A stretch of DNA of 64,000 bases from Candidatus Firestoneibacteriota bacterium (lineage in GTDB: Bacteria > Oederibacteriota > D2-FULL-39-29 > JBBTED01): the NCBI GenBank assembly GCA_038042445.1, contig JBBTED010000018.1, forward strand, positions 33,419 through 97,418. Reading direction: 5' to 3'. A model generated the notes under the pieces. The model did no database searches. It was not told where the DNA came from and saw only the letters and a list, made by a program, of their open reading frames with translations. This document shows, one piece after another, positions 60,270 to 64,000 of this stretch. The position numbers were made by a program, and so were the translations under genes. Numbering within the stretch: the first letter of the stretch is position 1; each line of letters opens with the position of its first letter.

Positions 60270-61085
60270 ATGGAAGTAATTGTTGTAAAAGATTATGAGG
60301 AAATGAGTAAAGAAGGTGCTAAAATTGTAAGAGACGCTATTCTTGAAAAGCCAAATTTGGTTTTAGGTTTAGCTACTGGGAGTACACCTATTGGGTTATA
60401 TAAAGAATTAATACGTATGCACAAGCAAGAGAAATTAAGTTTTAAAAGAGTTGTAACTTTTAATTTGGATGAATATATAGGTCTTGATAAAGCACATCCA
60501 CAGAGTTACTGGTATTTTATGCATGATAATTTGTTTAATCATATAGATATACCAAAGAAAAATATTCATGTTCCAGATGGAAAAGCAGATGATATTGAAA
60601 AGTTCTGTTTATGGTATGAAAAAGAAATGGAAAAACTTGGTGGAATTGATTTGCAGGTTTTAGGAATAGGCAGAGATGGTCATATTGCTTTTAATGAGCC
60701 TGGTTCTTCTTTGGGTTCAAGAACAAGAATTAAAACTTTAACAAAGGAAACTATTGAAGATAATGCGAGATTTTTTAAGAATATGGATGAGGTTCCTAAA
60801 TTTGCAATTACAATGGGTGTTGGAACTATAATGGATGCAAAACATTGTTTGATGTTAGCTAATGGTGCTAATAAAGCAGGAGTTTTAGCTGCTACAGTGG
60901 AAGGTTCAGTTACGGCGCAAGTTACAGCTTCTGTATTACAATTGCATTCAAAAGTTACTACAATTTGTGATGAAGCATCATCAACGTGTTTGAAACGTAA
61001 AGATTATTATAAATGGATTACTGAGAATAAATATAAAGTTCCAAAATCAGCAAAAAAAGCTTCTGTAAAATCAAAGAAGAAATAA
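60270..61085 (+). CDS. nagB: Glucosamine-6-phosphate deaminase
   Basis: LGLATGSTP, FNLDEY, LGIGRDGHIAFNEPG, AITMGVG. Confidence 0.96.
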   Translation: MEVIVVKDYEEMSKEGAKIVRDAILEKPNLVLGLATGSTPIGLYKELIRMHKQEKLSFKRVVTFNLDEYIGLDKAHPQSYWYFMHDNLFNHIDIPKKNIHVPDGKADDIEKFCLWYEKEMEKLGGIDLQVLGIGRDGHIAFNEPGSSLGSRTRIKTLTKETIEDNARFFKNMDEVPKFAITMGVGTIMDAKHCLMLANGANKAGVLAATVEGSVTAQVTASVLQLHSKVTTICDEASSTCLKRKDYYKWITENKYKVPKSAKKASVKSKKK

Positions 61086-61114
61086 AATTCCTAAAATTGT
61101 AAATTCCTCTATTT

Positions 61115-61147
61115 CTCCCCCTGATAAGGGGGAGTTAGAGTGGGGTT
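61115..61147. repeat. CCCCT-family palindromic repeat
   Basis: CTCCCCCTGATAAGGGGGAGTTAGAGTGGGGTT, near-identical to 35070. Confidence 0.75.
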
Positions 61148-61203
61148 GGATTGTAATGGCAACTGTTTAAACTGGTCAACCTAATAAGATATATATAATA
61201 AAA

Positions 61204-63102
61204 TTGATAAATAATATCCTAAAAACTTCAGAATTAGTTAATGAATTGAATGCCATTAAAAATTCAAAATCAAGTATTCTTTTTTCTAATAAAATTAAAT
61301 CTCTTACCCCTGAACAATTATCTGTCCTGAAATATAACGGAAATTTTTCTTTGGATTGGGAAAAAATAAAAGTTGCACCAGGATTTGATGCCAGCCGCAT
61401 AAAAAACTCCAATTTTTATGGAGATGTGATTTTAGGGAAATTTGATAAACCCTCTTCTTTAAATAATATTCCAACAGGTATTTATAATGCTACTATTATA
61501 GATTCTGAAATTGGAAATGATGTTCTTATAATGAATACCGGTATTATCTCAAATTATATTGTTCAAGATAAAAGCGTAATTTTTAATTGTGGTGAGATTA
61601 GAACAGATAAAAAAACAAGTTTTGGCAATGGAATAGAAATTTTAATTGCACTTGAAACTGGAGGTCGTGAAATTTCTGTATATGCAGAAATTACAATACC
61701 AGTTGCAGAAAAAATTGCAAAGTCTCGTTTTGACAAAACTTTATTAAAGAAATATACGAAAATAGTAGCACAATATGAAAAAAGTGTGACTTCAAATACG
61801 GGGGTTATTTCAAAGGGTGTAAAATTAATAAATACACCTAAAATTATTAATACTTATATTGGAGAATACGCTAATATTGATAATGCACAATTGCTTAATA
61901 ATGTAACAATACTTAGTGATGAGGATGAACCTACAGAAATTTCAGATGGTGCAATAGTTTCAGATTCAATTGTGCAATGGGGATGCAATGTTACTAGTAT
62001 GGCAGTTGTTGAGTTTTCAGTATTAACAGAGCATTCACATGTTGAAAGCCATGGTACAGTTAAAAATTCCATAATTGGTCCTAATACAGGTGTTTCAGAA
62101 GGAGAGGTTATTTCCTGTTTGTTGGGGCCTTTTGTTGGGTTTCATCATCAGGCACTTTTGATATCAGCACTTTGGCCATTAGGGAAAGGCAACATAAGTT
62201 ATGGGGCGAATATAGGTAGTAATCATACCTCAAGAACTCCGGATCAGGAATTATGGATTGGAGAAGGAGTTTTTTTTGGCCTCGGATGTAACATAAAATT
62301 TCCTTCGGATTTTACATACTCTCCTTATACAATAATTGCTACTGGTGTAGATACACTGCCTCAGAAACTTCTTTTTCCGTTTTCACTGGTAAATTCACCA
62401 TCACAGGTTTTTGATGAAATTTCTCCTGCTTATAATGAAATATTCCCAGGATGGATACTTTCAAATAATATTTTTATGATAAAACGTAATGAAGGCAAAT
62501 ACATAAAAAGAAATAAAGCCAAAAGAACTAAATTTGTTTTTGAAGTATTTAGACCAGAAATAATAAATATGATGGTTGATGCAAGAAAAAGACTTCAAGT
62601 TAAGAATGTAAAAGAAATATATACAGATAGGGATATTACTGGGCTTGGCAAAAATTATATGAGTGAAGATGCCAGAAAAAATGGAATAGAAGCTTATACA
62701 TTTTATATCAAATACTATGCATTGCTTGGTTTAAAGACAAGACTTGAATATCTTGTTTCATCAGAGAATAAAAGTAAAATTAGAAATATTATGCGAGATA
62801 AAACAGGTGATAAACGGTGGGAGCATGAAAAAAAAATATTGATTTTAGAGCTTACAAACAATACAATTATTCAAAATTTAAAATTACTTATTGAAATGCA
62901 GAAAAAAATAGCAAAAGATATTCAGGTTTCAAAAGAAAAAGATGATATGCGTGGCAGGCAGATAATAGAGGATTATGATGTTGTGCATACAAAAGCCAAA
63001 GATGATAGTTTTGTAAGGGAAACATGGAGAATTACTAAAACTATAAAATTAGAAATTAAAATATTAATGCAAAAATTGAAAGGAGCTGGTAAAAATGTCT
63101 GA
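61204..63102 (+). CDS. DUF4954-like protein (left-handed beta-helix)
   Basis: L...GN...DW..I, FGNG.EI....ETGGRE, GPFVGFHHQALLI, GANIGSNH; hexapeptide-like repeats; start uncertain. Confidence 0.75.
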   Translation: MINNILKTSELVNELNAIKNSKSSILFSNKIKSLTPEQLSVLKYNGNFSLDWEKIKVAPGFDASRIKNSNFYGDVILGKFDKPSSLNNIPTGIYNATIIDSEIGNDVLIMNTGIISNYIVQDKSVIFNCGEIRTDKKTSFGNGIEILIALETGGREISVYAEITIPVAEKIAKSRFDKTLLKKYTKIVAQYEKSVTSNTGVISKGVKLINTPKIINTYIGEYANIDNAQLLNNVTILSDEDEPTEISDGAIVSDSIVQWGCNVTSMAVVEFSVLTEHSHVESHGTVKNSIIGPNTGVSEGEVISCLLGPFVGFHHQALLISALWPLGKGNISYGANIGSNHTSRTPDQELWIGEGVFFGLGCNIKFPSDFTYSPYTIIATGVDTLPQKLLFPFSLVNSPSQVFDEISPAYNEIFPGWILSNNIFMIKRNEGKYIKRNKAKRTKFVFEVFRPEIINMMVDARKRLQVKNVKEIYTDRDITGLGKNYMSEDARKNGIEAYTFYIKYYALLGLKTRLEYLVSSENKSKIRNIMRDKTGDKRWEHEKKILILELTNNTIIQNLKLLIEMQKKIAKDIQVSKEKDDMRGRQIIEDYDVVHTKAKDDSFVRETWRITKTIKLEIKILMQKLKGAGKNV

Positions 63103-64000
63103 TAGGAAAATATGTATATTTGAAGATGAAAAATATGGGAATTTGTATCCCATAGCTTTGACACATCCTGTTTTTGAGCTTAAATGTGGCCATACTTTTT
63201 TGTATGAAAAGATAATACGTAATTTTAATAATGCAAAAGCAGTGTATTTTGTTCGGGAATATCTTGTAAGCTTAGTAAAGAAAAAGATTGGAAATGTTTC
63301 TGTGACTGAAGGGAATGGTGTAACCATAAATGATTCGAATTCGCTTAAAGGAAACGATGTTTTATTTATAAATGGCAGATGGGTTTTTATGAATTATGAT
63401 TTGCAATTAGATGGAGATGAAGAAATTGGAATCGATAAGGATGGAACGATTATTTATGCAAGATTGAATAGGAATATAGTTGAGGGTTTTACAGGAACTG
63501 ATATTTCGCAATTTCTAAAAAATTCAAAGGATAAAATTAAAAATATAAAGACTATAAATGTAGCAGTTGTGAATTATTTATGGGATTTGGTGAAATTTAA
63601 TCCTGAAGCAATAAAAGATGATTTTAAACATCTCAAGGAAACAGGGATAAAAGGAAAATTTGCCAAAAGTTCTGAAGTGTTTGGTGATAACAATCTTGTT
63701 TTTGTTGCTAAAACAGCTCAGGTTCATCCTCAGGTTGTTCTTGATACAACCCTTGGTCCTGTAATAATAGATGAAGGGGCAATTGTGTATCCTTTTACAA
63801 GAATTGAAGGGCCTAGTTGTATAGGTCGCAATACATTTATAGTTGGAGCTAAAATAAGAGAAGGTTCTGCAATAGGAGAAACCTGTCGTATTGGTGGAGA
63901 AGTTGAAGAAAGTATTGTACATGGATTTTCAAATAAATATCATGAAGGATTTTTAGGTCATGCATATTTGGGCGAATGGGTTAATCTTGGTGCATCTACA
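63095..64000 (+). CDS. GlmU-like putative sugar nucleotidyltransferase/acetyltransferase, 3'-truncated by the window edge
   Basis: Not in the ORF track; translates as MSDRKICIFED...LYP..LT.PVFELKCG...INGR...YLWDLV..N...GPVIID...CRIGGEVEESIVHGFSNKYHEGFLGHAYLGEWVNLGAST. Confidence 0.88.
   Translation, partial: MSDRKICIFEDEKYGNLYPIALTHPVFELKCGHTFLYEKIIRNFNNAKAVYFVREYLVSLVKKKIGNVSVTEGNGVTINDSNSLKGNDVLFINGRWVFMNYDLQLDGDEEIGIDKDGTIIYARLNRNIVEGFTGTDISQFLKNSKDKIKNIKTINVAVVNYLWDLVKFNPEAIKDDFKHLKETGIKGKFAKSSEVFGDNNLVFVAKTAQVHPQVVLDTTLGPVIIDEGAIVYPFTRIEGPSCIGRNTFIVGAKIREGSAIGETCRIGGEVEESIVHGFSNKYHEGFLGHAYLGEWVNLGAST

Noticed and set aside
61156..61203. Stop read-through from the in-frame ATG 61156 into the DUF4954-like gene
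   Set aside because: The stop is TAA, no recoding signal is evident, and all three stop codons behave normally elsewhere in the window.

Overview
AT-rich (roughly 30% GC by eye) chromosomal window from an apparently diderm, probably anaerobic bacterium. The gene mix (ahcY, mannose-family PTS next to metK, two-subunit Fe-S fumarase, PorV-like barrel, alternative GlmU-like protein) suggests an Elusimicrobiota-like or other candidate-phylum lineage rather than Bacteroidota; this is inference only. Order of content: (1) the end of a surface-glycosylation locus; (2) a mannose-family PTS operon with an inserted GH57 gene, running on into PGI/PMI, TagA/WecG, metK and ahcY; (3) an orphan sugar-ABC permease pair that shares a palindromic operator with the PTS operon; (4) a ~15.6-kb accessory module; (5) four tRNAs, with tandem tRNA-His-derived repeats; (6) mostly housekeeping genes (typA, DEAD-box helicase, purA, amidase-gerMN-murI-fum-rph-rdgB, ftsH-folE-nagB). 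The accessory module is the most striking part. It contains a GAF histidine kinase and a sigma-54 activator with two HTH domains, tandem enhancer sites and a consensus -24/-12 promoter, a PorV/PorP-like barrel fused to LysM, and a ~1,950-aa Ig/FN3-repeat protein with a T9SS-type C-terminal sorting domain. These are followed by a coiled-coil kinase, a membrane-spanning receiver/beta-propeller protein, and an FGE-fold lectin whose 3' end looks like a DGR variable region. Several REP/RPE-like palindromic repeat families are scattered through the window, some inside reading frames. No CRISPR array, integrase, transposase or reverse transcriptase was seen.
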